A stretch of DNA of 64,000 bases from a bacterium (GTDB lineage: Bacteria > Sumerlaeota > Sumerlaeia > SLMS01 > JAHLLQ01), in assembly GCA_020444065.1 (NCBI GenBank), contig JAHLLQ010000010.1, forward strand, positions 11,677 through 75,676. The letters are read 5' to 3'. A program made the position numbers and the translations under genes. A model generated the notes under the pieces. It saw only the letters and a list, made by a program, of their open reading frames with translations. It was not told the origin of the DNA and did not search any database. Shown here in pieces: positions 37,090-46,460 of the stretch (within the stretch, counting starts at the first letter, position 1; the number at the start of each line of letters is the position of its first letter).

Positions 37090-37957
37090 AGTAGAGGTAC
37101 CTTCTTGAGACGAAATGTGCGACCGTGGTGAGCACCGCGATCATGAGGAAGAGAATCAATGCCATGGCGCAGGCGTAGCCCATGTTGAGGTATTTGAATG
37201 CGTGATCGAAGAGGTACATGGTGTAGAAGAGAGTGGAGCGCGCGGGGCCTCCGCCGGTCATGACGTACGGGACGGCGAAGACCTGGAGGACGCCGATGCA
37301 GCCCATGATGACATTGAAGTAAATGACCGGCGAGATCATCGGCAGCGTGACGTTGGCGGTTTTTTGCCACCAGTTGGCGCCGTCGAGCGTTGCGGCTTCG
37401 TAGAGGGCTTTGGGAACGTCCTGCAAGCCGGCGAGGTAGATGACGACCGCGTTGCCGACTCCCCAAAGACCGGTGAGGACAAGCGCGGGTTTCGACCAGG
37501 AAGTATCGCCGAGCCAATCGGGTCCGTTAATGTGTGCGAGGGAAAGCGCGTAGTTGATGACGCCGAATCGGCCGTTGAACATCCACTGCCAGAGGATCGC
37601 GAGCGCGACAAGCGGGACGAGCGACGGCAGGAAGAAGATGGTACGGAAGACGGAGCGGCCGATGACCTTTGCGTTCAGCAGCAGGGCCAGTCCGATGGAG
37701 AGAACCGTGCCGAGCGGGAGCGCGAGGAGGGCGAAGAAAACCGTGTTCCACAACGATTGCCAGAAGACCGGATCGGTGGAGAGGTCGCGGTAGTTTCCGA
37801 CGCCGATGAAGATCGGGTCCTTGAGCACGGAGTAATCGCAGAAGCTGTAGTAGAGCGCCATGCCGGACGGCAGGAGAATGAAGCAGGAGAGGCCGATCAG
37901 CCATGGCGCAATAAACAGAAGACCGGTGATGAGGCTGTTTCGTTCGCGTTGGGTCAT
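37076..37957 (-). CDS. Carbohydrate ABC transporter permease (MalF-like)
   Basis: FIAPWLIG, FRTIFFLPS and YLAGLQDVP..LYEAATLDGA. Confidence 0.93.
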   Translation of the reverse strand: MTQRERNSLITGLLFIAPWLIGLSCFILLPSGMALYYSFCDYSVLKDPIFIGVGNYRDLSTDPVFWQSLWNTVFFALLALPLGTVLSIGLALLLNAKVIGRSVFRTIFFLPSLVPLVALAILWQWMFNGRFGVINYALSLAHINGPDWLGDTSWSKPALVLTGLWGVGNAVVIYLAGLQDVPKALYEAATLDGANWWQKTANVTLPMISPVIYFNVIMGCIGVLQVFAVPYVMTGGGPARSTLFYTMYLFDHAFKYLNMGYACAMALILFLMIAVLTTVAHFVSRRYLYYAGT

Positions 37958-39318
37958 TCTTCCGACCTCCACTCTTCTTTGCGTTCCTCGGCGATGCGTT
38001 TCCATTGTTGGAGCGCTCGGTCGAGTTTCGGTTGGATGCGTTCGCGCACGACGGTCAGGGCCTCGTCGGGTTCGGCTTTATCGCGCCAGATGAGGTCGAA
38101 CGCGTTGGTGAATTCATCGCGGAGTTCGTTGAAGATCTGCGTCTTGGGCGTGTAGCGCGCATTCGGCGATTCGGCCAGGTTGCGGAAGACGCGGATATAA
38201 GGATTTGGGTGTTGCTTGTAGAAATCTTCGGAGACTTCGCGCAGGGGTGAGAACTTGCGCTGGCCGAGGCAGAGCATTTCCATATTCTCCTGGCGCTGGA
38301 CGAACTTGATAAAGTCCCACGCTTCCTCTTTGTGGCGCGCGCCGCGTGGAATGACGAGGACGTCGGCTTCGCAGATCGTGACATCTTTCAGTTCCGGGTC
38401 GCTGGACGGGAACGGCGCGACGGCCCAATTGAGGTCGGGATTGTACTTTTCGACGAAGTTCGCCATCCAGACGCCCTGGAGCTCCATCGCGACTTTGCCG
38501 GAGATGAAGAGGTTTTGCGCGGAGCTGAACTGGCCGCCGGCGGACTGGAAGACCTGGAGGGTCTTGAAGCCGTACTTCTCGGGGTAGCTTTGTACCCAAT
38601 CGTAGGCGGCGATGTTCTCGGGCGAGTCCGTGACGATCTTTGTTCCATCTTTGCTGACGAGGCGACCGCCGAACCAATAGCACCAGCGCTCGTTCCACCA
38701 GCCGGGTTCGGTCGGGCTGAAGCCGAGCTGGGTGATCTCGCCGTCTTCGTCGATCTTGGTGAGCTTCGCGGCGTACTCGTCGAGTTCTGCGATCGTGCGC
38801 GGCGGCCGATTGGGATCGAGGCCGGCTTCGCGGAACATGTCTGTGTTGTAGTGCAGCGCGAGTGTGGCGGGTGTGCTCGGCAATCCCCAGATGAAACCGT
38901 GGTGTTCGCATTGCTCGCTGATGACGGGCAAGTAGCGGTCCATGTCGAAGCCGTCGCGTTCGATCAGTCCATCGAGCGGTTCGAGTGCGCCCATATCGGC
39001 GTAGGTGTAGAGTCGCCAGGCCCAGAAGCCGGCGACGTCGGGCGGGTTGCCTCCGGAGGTTGCGAGCAGGAGTTTCTGCTCGATCTGGCCGGTGCTGAGG
39101 AATTTGACGAAGACCTTGTCTTGCGATGCGTTGTACTTGTCGACGACGGCGCGCATCGCGTCCTTCTCGAAGTCCTCCCACTTTTCCCAGTACTCGACGA
39201 TGACGCGGCCATCCTCTGTGCGGTCGGGTTTTTCGCGCACGCAGGAGGTCAATCCAGTCATCGCGGCGACGAGCACCAGGCCGGCCAACAGAACGTTGAT
39301 TCGATTCTTGAGGCGCAT
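37954..39318 (-). CDS. Carbohydrate ABC transporter substrate-binding lipoprotein
   Basis: Lipobox LTSC, GNPPDV, LHYNTDMFREAGLDP, FISGKVAM..QGVW and AWDFIKF. Confidence 0.92.
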   Translation of the reverse strand: MRLKNRINVLLAGLVLVAAMTGLTSCVREKPDRTEDGRVIVEYWEKWEDFEKDAMRAVVDKYNASQDKVFVKFLSTGQIEQKLLLATSGGNPPDVAGFWAWRLYTYADMGALEPLDGLIERDGFDMDRYLPVISEQCEHHGFIWGLPSTPATLALHYNTDMFREAGLDPNRPPRTIAELDEYAAKLTKIDEDGEITQLGFSPTEPGWWNERWCYWFGGRLVSKDGTKIVTDSPENIAAYDWVQSYPEKYGFKTLQVFQSAGGQFSSAQNLFISGKVAMELQGVWMANFVEKYNPDLNWAVAPFPSSDPELKDVTICEADVLVIPRGARHKEEAWDFIKFVQRQENMEMLCLGQRKFSPLREVSEDFYKQHPNPYIRVFRNLAESPNARYTPKTQIFNELRDEFTNAFDLIWRDKAEPDEALTVVRERIQPKLDRALQQWKRIAEERKEEWRSEE

Positions 39319-39425
39319 GGAATACGTCTTCCGAAAACGGGATGTGCTAACTTGTTCAAACCTTGATCGTGGTCGATTGTTCGGGAGGTGCAATCCCTGG
39401 TTCGCGATTCCGCGGCATAGTGCGT

Positions 39426-41267
39426 TTATCCGCCGGCGCCGGAGAGCGATTCCTTTTCGGATGTCGCATCGGCCAGGCCGTAGGCGCCGGTTCCGTATGC
39501 GATGGCATGGGCGACGAAGCCTGCGCAGGTTGCGAAGTGCTCGCCGCTTTCGGGAAGGCCGGTTTCGACGTTGATGCTCTCACAGGCAATGCCGTTGTCC
39601 ATCGGCGCACGGCGCAGGAGATCCAGTCCCTGTTCGACGCGGACGCCGCTGAGGATGCTGTTGCAGGCGCTGAGGATCCAGGGGTGCGGATCGCCGTCGG
39701 TGTGGCGATTACCGAGCTCGCTGAACGGTCCCGGCATGCAGTAGGGGTAGGCCTTGGAATAGAGGTGCTCGACCGTGCGGCGGAAGGTCGCGGCGTCTGC
39801 GCTGCACAACCCGTAGTAGGGGAGCAGAAGCAGGCTGCCGGCAGCCTCGTCGTACATCTCGCAGGAGCCCTTCAGGTCGGCGGCCCACTGATAGAGGCCG
39901 TTGCGGACAAGGTGGTGATCGATCGCCTTGGCAATGGCGTCGACTTCCGCGCGCGCCCATTCGGCTTCTGCGGGCTGGGTTTCTTCAAGAATCGGAATCA
40001 GCATGCGGAGGGTCTGGCGCACGAGTGCGTTGTTGTACGTCAGGACGTCGCGTCCGCCGACGATCAAGTCATCGGTCGGCATCAGTTCCGTGCGGTAGAG
40101 GGCTTCGCCGTCGACACGCCAGGACTTGAGTCGGCGAAGGAGTTCGCGAATTCCGGCGGCAATCTGAGGTTCGCGCCAGGCGGGGTCATCGGGATAAAGG
40201 GCGCACCACTGGCCGACGGCGAGGAGAGGGGCGACGAGTTCGTCGAGCTCGAAGCCATACTCGAGAATCTGGCCGTTGATCTGGCGACTGTGAATTCCGG
40301 CGTGCGGCAACTGCGGGCCGAAGGCGTAGCGAAGCAGTTCGCGGGCGTGCTCTCGGTCGTTTCGCAGAAGGAATGGATACAACCACAACAGCGAGTCGCG
40401 ATCCCAGTAGGCCGCGGACACGTAGTAGCGATGGCTGCGGGACGTCATGGAAACGACACGGCTGGTATCGAGAGTGCGCGCCATGGCATAGAACCGTGCG
40501 AAGTGCGCGTTGCGGTTGGCTTTCGCGGCCAGCCGGTTGTCGCCGGGCACCGGGATGGTGCGTTCAGCCAGCCATTCGACGGTCCGGCGCTGCCATTCCT
40601 TGATGGGGACGCGGTGGGTCTCCAGGTCGGCGGCGCGGGCTCCCACGCGAGACAGCCCCAGGCCAACGACGAGGTCCGCACGGCCCTGGCAATCGACCTC
40701 GATCGAGAAAGCGGAGAGCGTTTCGACGGGCCCGGTGCCGGCATTGAGGCTGTGCTCGCGGCCATTGGCGTGCAGCCGGTAGTCGGCGCCGCCCGGGGAG
40801 CGAAGAGAAATCGTAAAAAGGAGCGTTCCCGCGAAGATTTCGATCACGACGCCTGGGGTGTGAGACCAGTTGAAGTGCTGGATCCGGCAGACCCAATCGG
40901 GCAGCTCGTGGCGGACGTTGATCGTCTGGAAGATGCGGCCGATGTTCATGGTGAAGCGCGCCCCGCGGGGGCCTTCGGGGCCGCGATAGACGAAGAAGCG
41001 CTGGCGCGGCGGGGCGAAGACGCACCCGGCGCGGCCGCCATCGGTGTGCTCGAAGCACGGGATCCAGTGCTGGAGGAAGTGCCACTTCCAGGCGTCGGGT
41101 TCGGTCGCCATGGCGTCGCACGCCAGGAAAGGGGCGCCGTCGCCTTCGACGTCGATCAGCCCGTCGGCCTTCTCGAGGACGATGTTCATGCCTTCGATGG
41201 CGCCATCCGACTCACGAACGGTCGGGAGGGCGATGTACTCGTTTCCGGTTGGGTGATAGGTGGTCAT
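39426..41267 (-). CDS. GH125-like (alpha/alpha)6 glycoside hydrolase, no signal peptide
   Basis: YWDRDS, FELDE, PTDD, YDEAAGSLLLLPYYG and ACES...G...HFA resemble GH125 motifs. Confidence 0.65.
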   Translation of the reverse strand: MTTYHPTGNEYIALPTVRESDGAIEGMNIVLEKADGLIDVEGDGAPFLACDAMATEPDAWKWHFLQHWIPCFEHTDGGRAGCVFAPPRQRFFVYRGPEGPRGARFTMNIGRIFQTINVRHELPDWVCRIQHFNWSHTPGVVIEIFAGTLLFTISLRSPGGADYRLHANGREHSLNAGTGPVETLSAFSIEVDCQGRADLVVGLGLSRVGARAADLETHRVPIKEWQRRTVEWLAERTIPVPGDNRLAAKANRNAHFARFYAMARTLDTSRVVSMTSRSHRYYVSAAYWDRDSLLWLYPFLLRNDREHARELLRYAFGPQLPHAGIHSRQINGQILEYGFELDELVAPLLAVGQWCALYPDDPAWREPQIAAGIRELLRRLKSWRVDGEALYRTELMPTDDLIVGGRDVLTYNNALVRQTLRMLIPILEETQPAEAEWARAEVDAIAKAIDHHLVRNGLYQWAADLKGSCEMYDEAAGSLLLLPYYGLCSADAATFRRTVEHLYSKAYPYCMPGPFSELGNRHTDGDPHPWILSACNSILSGVRVEQGLDLLRRAPMDNGIACESINVETGLPESGEHFATCAGFVAHAIAYGTGAYGLADATSEKESLSGAGG

Positions 41268-41300
41268 GAGATCTCTCGATAGGGTTCAGTTGGGGTTTGC

Positions 41301-41843
41301 TTACGGTCCGTAGCGGTGGATATCGCCGAAGGAGACGGTGCCGTTGGTCGGGTCGTACTGCACGGGATCGGGGCTGGACTGGAGGCTTTCCTCGAGATCG
41401 GGGCCGAGGCTTTGGAGGCGCCACTTGGCGCTTTCTGCGCCCTCGTGACCGGGGAAGGACTGCCAGACCTGTGGCAGGACGGTGGCGGTGTCTTCTTCGC
41501 AGAGGTAGTCGAAGGTCCGCAGGGGATTGTCGTTATTGGACAGATCCGGGAAGGGGTCCTTTGGAATGGAGGTCATGTAGGCGACCGGGGTGGTGAGGCG
41601 GACCAGTCGTTCGGCGAAGGTCAGGAAGTAGCGCGGGGTGCCGTTTTGGGAGGGCGGGTAGTGGTTGTGGTCGACCGCGTAGGATTCGACCGCCGTAGCG
41701 AGCGAGCGCATGTCTGCCTCAGCGCGGCTGACCTTCGAGCGGGTCTGGGCTTCGAGGAAGTTCGGGACGGCGATGGCCGCAAGAATAGCGATGATAGCAA
41801 CAACGATGAGGAGTTCGATCAGAGTGAAAGCTCTGCGATTCAT
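41301..41843 (-). CDS. Prepilin-type N-terminal cleavage/methylation domain protein
   Basis: RRAFTLIELLIVVAIIAILAAIAVPNFLEAQTRSK, then P.DPF, SLGPD and YDPTNGTVSFGDI. RBS ggagga. Confidence 0.92.
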   Translation of the reverse strand: MNRRAFTLIELLIVVAIIAILAAIAVPNFLEAQTRSKVSRAEADMRSLATAVESYAVDHNHYPPSQNGTPRYFLTFAERLVRLTTPVAYMTSIPKDPFPDLSNNDNPLRTFDYLCEEDTATVLPQVWQSFPGHEGAESAKWRLQSLGPDLEESLQSSPDPVQYDPTNGTVSFGDIHRYGP

Positions 41844-41868
41844 GGGGCATTCCTCCAGCGGTTTTGTC

Positions 41869-41878
41869 GAAGCGCTTC
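41869..41878. promoter_or_regulatory. LacI-type operator (GAAGCGCTTC)
   Basis: Perfect palindrome 26 bp upstream of the pilin-like start codon. Confidence 0.65.
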
Positions 41879-41983
41879 AACCCATGGGCGTCGTTTTTGG
41901 AGCGTTTCTGCGAGGGCGGGAAGACCGGGCTTTGGTCGGGAGAATGGGATGTTTGCTTGAGGAGCAGCGCTGACGTTAGGTTT

Positions 41984-42012
41984 CGTGTAAGCGCTTCAAC
42001 TGGGCGCGTCAA
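41984..42012 (-). promoter_or_regulatory. Promoter (TTGACG-N17-TACACG) with overlapping operator TTGAAGCGCTTACA
   Basis: The operator at 41986-41999 is the exact reverse complement of 42432-42445. Confidence 0.7.
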
Positions 42013-42155
42013 GAGAAAGTCGTTGGGGGCGTGCGGAAAGGTCGCGGGGGAGACCGAGGGGGCGGAAGCGGTTGGATTCGCCAGGCGTGAATATGGGGGT
42101 GTCAGGAACGTAGGAGGGGCAGAGATGAGCACACCTGGATGGACGGAGGCGGAGT

Positions 42156-42380
42156 ATGGGTCTTCTGATGCTGGTTTGCGTGGCGATCGTGTACTATCGA
42201 GCCGCGGAACATGATGGGAAGTCGGGGGGACTGGCCGTTCTGGCGTGCCTGGGATTGTGGTGGCTGCTGGGTTGGGCGGGGCTCGGGACGCTGCTGACTT
42301 GCGTGGCGCTGCTGGTGATTCTCTTCCTGGTGTATCCGACGCTGCAGGTCCTGGGAGAGCTGCTCGTAAAGGGCAAGTGA
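42156..42380 (+). CDS. Small membrane protein
   Basis: RBS ggag, 74 aa, mostly hydrophobic, host-like codons. Confidence 0.55.
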   Translation: MGLLMLVCVAIVYYRAAEHDGKSGGLAVLACLGLWWLLGWAGLGTLLTCVALLVILFLVYPTLQVLGELLVKGK

Positions 42381-42397
42381 AGCCGAGCGTTTTCTGT

Positions 42398-42445
42398 TTG
42401 ACAGCCGCGGGGTGTGGGGCTACGGGTACTGTTGAAGCGCTTACA
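42398..42445 (+). promoter_or_regulatory. lacI-gene promoter (TTGACA at 42398) with autoregulatory operator TTGAAGCGCTTACA at 42432-42445
   Basis: Canonical -35 and a CG-centred pseudo-palindrome directly upstream of the LacI gene. Confidence 0.7.
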
Positions 42446-42494
42446 TAGAGGGCCACCTTCCGGGGCGGCGACTTGCCCCAGCGAGCAGACTCCG

Positions 42495-43514
42495 ATGAAC
42501 AAGAAGAGATCGACGATCTACGACATTGCCAAAATGGCGGGCGTTTCCATTGGAACGGTCTCACGCGTGATGAACGGCAAGGACCGTGTCCATCCAGACA
42601 CGCGGGCGCGGATTCTGGCGCTGGCGGAGAAGTACAATTTCCGGCCCAGCGCCGCGGCCCGGGGTCTCGCTCTGAACAAGACCAAGACTCTTATGATGCT
42701 CGTCTCGGACGTGGCCAATGTTTATTTTGCGGAGTTGGCGAAGGAGATCAGCAAGGCGTCTCGCCAGGAGGGATACAAGATCTACCTGGGCGATTCGGAC
42801 GAGACGGTGGAGATCGAAGCGGGGTACTTGCGGGCGCTGCAGGATCGGAGCGTCGATGGACTGCTGATCGCGCCGCTGTCGACGGATGCGAATGTGCCGC
42901 TGTACGGTGACCTGGCGCGGCGCCATTTCCCGATGGTGTTCATCGATACGCACATCGAGGGCGTGGCGGCGACTTGTGTGAAGGTGGATAACGAGCGCGG
43001 TGCGGACCTGGCGGTGGAGTATCTGCAGTCGAAGGGCCGCGACCGGATTGGCTTCGTCAGCGGCGACATCGATTTCCAGACGAACAAGCTGCGGTTCCAG
43101 GGGTTCACGAAGAGCCTGCGAGCGCGGGGGCTGGCGGTGCGGGATGAGTATTTCGTACTGAACCAGCAGTTCCTTGCGACGGAGGGGTTCAGCGGCGTGG
43201 ATCACTTGCTTTCGCTGAGAGAGCCGCCGAATGCGATCTTCGCTTCGAGCGACTTGACAGCCATGGCGTGCGTTCGGGCCGTGTTGGAGCATGGGCTGCG
43301 CGTGCCGGACGATATCGCCGTGGTGGGCTTCGACAATCTGTCGATCAGTGCGCACATGGAGATTCCGCTGACGACCGTTGCGCAGCCGAAGGATCGGATT
43401 GGCGGCACGGCCGTGAAGGAATTGCTGGAGATGATCAACAACTCCGATCATCAGTCGTCGGAGGCGAAGCAGATATTGATCGAACCGAGTCTGGTGGTGC
43501 GCGAGTCCGCGTAG
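42495..43514 (+). CDS. LacI/GalR-family transcriptional regulator
   Basis: TIYDIAKMAGVSIGTVSRVMN, VDGLLI and VPDDIAVVGFDN...PLTTVAQP. Confidence 0.96.
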   Translation: MNKKRSTIYDIAKMAGVSIGTVSRVMNGKDRVHPDTRARILALAEKYNFRPSAAARGLALNKTKTLMMLVSDVANVYFAELAKEISKASRQEGYKIYLGDSDETVEIEAGYLRALQDRSVDGLLIAPLSTDANVPLYGDLARRHFPMVFIDTHIEGVAATCVKVDNERGADLAVEYLQSKGRDRIGFVSGDIDFQTNKLRFQGFTKSLRARGLAVRDEYFVLNQQFLATEGFSGVDHLLSLREPPNAIFASSDLTAMACVRAVLEHGLRVPDDIAVVGFDNLSISAHMEIPLTTVAQPKDRIGGTAVKELLEMINNSDHQSSEAKQILIEPSLVVRESA

Positions 43515-43551
43515 AGTCCCCGTGTGATTTTCGAATGGTCAGACAGAAACA

Positions 43552-43589
43552 AGAAGAGCCGAGGACAGGATGTTGTCCCCGGCTCTTCT
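43552..43589. terminator. Hairpin between convergent genes
   Basis: agaagagccg pairs with cggctcttct, with an A-rich left flank and a T-rich right flank. Confidence 0.7.
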
Positions 43590-43615
43590 GATTTCTTGCG
43601 AGGTTTCTGTCGTTC

Positions 43616-46240
43616 TCAGTGGGTCATCCAACCTTCGGCGCCGTGTACGGTGACGACGGGTTCGCAGGGAGAGGCGCCGTTGACAACGACATCGTCGATC
43701 TCCCACGGGCCGTCAGATTCGACGGAGGAGTCAGAGCCCCAACGCCAGGCGAGATGGATCGTCTCGTCGGCGTAGGAGCTCAGGTCGACGGCGACCTTGC
43801 TCATTGATGCATGCGTTCCGGTCCATGCGGACATGCCGCCGATCGGGCTGCCATATTCGGACGGGATCGTGGCGTCGTAGCCGCCGCTCGTGATTTCGGA
43901 TGTGAGCTGGCTCCAACTTGTCCCGCCATTCGTGGAGATCTCGAGAACGCCGCCGTCAAAGCCCTCTTCGAAGTAGTAGCGATGGTAGAATTCGAGCTGT
44001 GTTGCACTGGTAAACGGTCCGGCGACGAGACGAACATCTTCGATTTCAGGTTGCGGGGGATCGAAGCTGACGACGTGTGTGCCGCTGACGGCGGCGGTGC
44101 TTGTGCGAATCGCCCAACGATTCGTGCCTTGCTGCGCACTGGTCGTCCAGGCGTCGAACGTGCCTTCGAAGTCATCTGAGAAGATGCCGGAGCTTGGGTG
44201 TTTGAGAGCAAGCGACTCGACGTTCGAACCGCCGGTGTAGGTGAGGTTCAGGGAGAAGTCGATTTGGTCGCCGCAGGGGCGGTCGGCGCTGACGAAGAAT
44301 TCGAATGGTATAGAGCCATTGGCGGTCGCGCCGTTTGCGAGATCGGGATAGGTGGCGGTGTTTGTTTGCACAGTGATGTTTGGATCGGTCGTGGAGAGAA
44401 CGGCGGTGATATTCTGGGCGGTGGCCTCGGTGCTGAGCAGTTGGATGTTCATGAAGATTTGTTCGCCGGGTTCGATGACGCCGTTGTTGTTTCCTGCGCC
44501 GTCGCTGAAAGCCCAATCGTTAATGACAGGGAGCGGAAGAACATCGCAGTTCGGTCCGGTCGGGATGGTGTAGGTAAGAGTGGCGGTTTCCGAGGCTGAA
44601 ACGATTGCAAGTTGGAGCTTGATGTCGTTGCCGCAGGGGACGGTGCTGTCGACGGAAATGGCGTAGGCCGTGGTGTTTGTGCCATTTGCGCCGGATGCCA
44701 GATCGGGGAACTGGGAACTGGCCTGGTCGACCGTGACCCCAGAAGTCTGCGATGACAGTGTTCCGGAAATCCCCGTGATGGCGGAGGTGCCGGTGTTCTT
44801 GATCGACATGGTCAGGAGGATTCCGCTTTCGCCGCGTTCGATGATGCCATCGCCATCGCCGGCGGAGTCGTCGACGACGGGATCGCCGTTCTTGGCGAAT
44901 GCTCCGGTCCCGAGGCCATCAATGGCCGTCGCGCCGGTGTTTCCGGGATCGAGCCAGTCCTTCAGACGGCTGGTGGAAGAACCGCCGCCTTCCCAAGACT
45001 TGTAAAGGCGTCCATACCAGTCGGAACTGTCATTTCCGCAGGCCGCATATCCGCCGGTGAGGACGGCGACGATGCGGTGGTCGGGATTGAAGAGGGGAGA
45101 TCCGGAGGAGCCGCCTTCGGTGGTGCCAAGATCCCAATCGGTAATGCGAATGTGCGTGCTGTTGGCGTTGACCGTAGTATCGAGATAGTCGGTGATGGTC
45201 GTTTGATCGTTTTCGAAGCTGATGCGCTTCTCTTCAACGCTCGGGTGGTGAATGCCGACGACGGAGGGGGGGGCGACGTCGGTGACATCCCAGCCGGAGC
45301 GGAAGATGTCGTAGGCTTCCGGGATGGGATCATCGAGTTCGAAGAGGCAGAAGTCGGAGGATTCGTAGGAGGCGCGGTAGATGGCGCCGGTGTTGTATTG
45401 CGAGCGGGAGCCGTCGCCGTTGCTGCCGCTGGCCGCGCTGCCGACGGGGCGACAGGTGGAGTTCTCGTAGTTCCAATACACCACGATCGAGGGGGCGTTG
45501 CTGGAATTGATGCCGCAGTGATTTGCCGTCAGGAAGTAGGGAGTGAAATCGTTGGCGGTGTTGTTGACGGCTGCGCCGGAGCAGGTATCGATGCCCTGGA
45601 TGGTGTAGGCGCCGACGGAGCTGATCTGGTCGCGCCAGCCGTCGCCTTCGGGGCAGATGACGTCGACGTTACAGGATCCGGAGCGAAGCCCAAGTGCATC
45701 GGCCGGCGTGCGGAAGCCGTGACTGACTTGGGCGACTTCGAGTTGGAGAGCCTTCTCGGCCTTTGCAGGGAGGTTGACTTCGATGACGAGTTCTTCGCCG
45801 TCGACGATCGGGGTCCAGAGCTGCCTGTGCTTCTCGTTATCGGCGGCGGTGAAGGGGCCGTAGATTTCTTTGCCGTCGGGCGAGTAGATGTAGAGCTCGC
45901 CGCCTGCGGGCATGAAGTACGGGATGAATCCAATGTTCAGGTTTTGTGCGTCGGTGGAAAAGATGCGGGCACGCCAGAGACGCGACCCATCGCCGAGCGT
46001 TTCCCAGGTTCCGTCGGACTTGGCGTCGATCGCTGTGCCGATGGGTTCGGCAAAACGAAACGGCCCCATGCCGGTGTCAGGGGCCGCTTTGAGCAATGCG
46101 GCGTTGTTCTGTGTTGGCATGACGAAGGTCTCGACGGTGTCGAGGGGCGCTGCGCCTTTGATTTGCGAAGGCAGAGATGCTGCCGATGCCGAGGATGCCA
46201 GTATAAGAATGACGGCGAGGAATCGTAGTACGTTCTTCAT
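43616..46240 (-). CDS. Secreted lysyl-endopeptidase-like S1 protease with C-terminal accessory domains
   Basis: Signal peptide, propeptide, SGSCNVDVIC, LTANHC (His), SDF (Asp), IHHP, TEGGSSGSPL (Ser), two repeated D..G..GIIE.GE domains and a FDGGVLEISTNGG..W domain. Confidence 0.9.
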   Translation of the reverse strand: MKNVLRFLAVILILASSASAASLPSQIKGAAPLDTVETFVMPTQNNAALLKAAPDTGMGPFRFAEPIGTAIDAKSDGTWETLGDGSRLWRARIFSTDAQNLNIGFIPYFMPAGGELYIYSPDGKEIYGPFTAADNEKHRQLWTPIVDGEELVIEVNLPAKAEKALQLEVAQVSHGFRTPADALGLRSGSCNVDVICPEGDGWRDQISSVGAYTIQGIDTCSGAAVNNTANDFTPYFLTANHCGINSSNAPSIVVYWNYENSTCRPVGSAASGSNGDGSRSQYNTGAIYRASYESSDFCLFELDDPIPEAYDIFRSGWDVTDVAPPSVVGIHHPSVEEKRISFENDQTTITDYLDTTVNANSTHIRITDWDLGTTEGGSSGSPLFNPDHRIVAVLTGGYAACGNDSSDWYGRLYKSWEGGGSSTSRLKDWLDPGNTGATAIDGLGTGAFAKNGDPVVDDSAGDGDGIIERGESGILLTMSIKNTGTSAITGISGTLSSQTSGVTVDQASSQFPDLASGANGTNTTAYAISVDSTVPCGNDIKLQLAIVSASETATLTYTIPTGPNCDVLPLPVINDWAFSDGAGNNNGVIEPGEQIFMNIQLLSTEATAQNITAVLSTTDPNITVQTNTATYPDLANGATANGSIPFEFFVSADRPCGDQIDFSLNLTYTGGSNVESLALKHPSSGIFSDDFEGTFDAWTTSAQQGTNRWAIRTSTAAVSGTHVVSFDPPQPEIEDVRLVAGPFTSATQLEFYHRYYFEEGFDGGVLEISTNGGTSWSQLTSEITSGGYDATIPSEYGSPIGGMSAWTGTHASMSKVAVDLSSYADETIHLAWRWGSDSSVESDGPWEIDDVVVNGASPCEPVVTVHGAEGWMTH

Positions 46241-46351
46241 TTCCCACTCCCGATAGTGAATAGCCAGCCTGCAATAGGACACAGTCTTCGTGTGTCGGAC
46301 GGCGGTCAATAACGAAGATGGACGACGGGAAATGTTCTTGTCGGGCCAAGA

Positions 46352-46431
46352 AGGTAACGATAGCACTCTGTGGAAAGACCGATTCAAATTGGACCGATAA
46401 CAGTTGACGCGCACAAATGGTAACGATAACT
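46352..46431. promoter_or_regulatory. Repeated GGTAACGATA(A/G)C operator-like sites and a TTGACG -35 in the divergent intergenic region
   Basis: AGGTAACGATAGCA 46352-46365, TTGGACCGATAACA 46389-46402, TGGTAACGATAACT 46418-46431 and TTGACG 46404-46409. Confidence 0.55.
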
Positions 46432-46460
46432 CTCGGGGCAACATTTTGTGAGAGATTCCC

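Noticed and set aside
36196..39318. Missing ABC ATPase as a sign of decay
   Set aside because: Carbohydrate ABC clusters commonly share an MsmX/MalK-type ATPase encoded elsewhere, and all three genes look intact.
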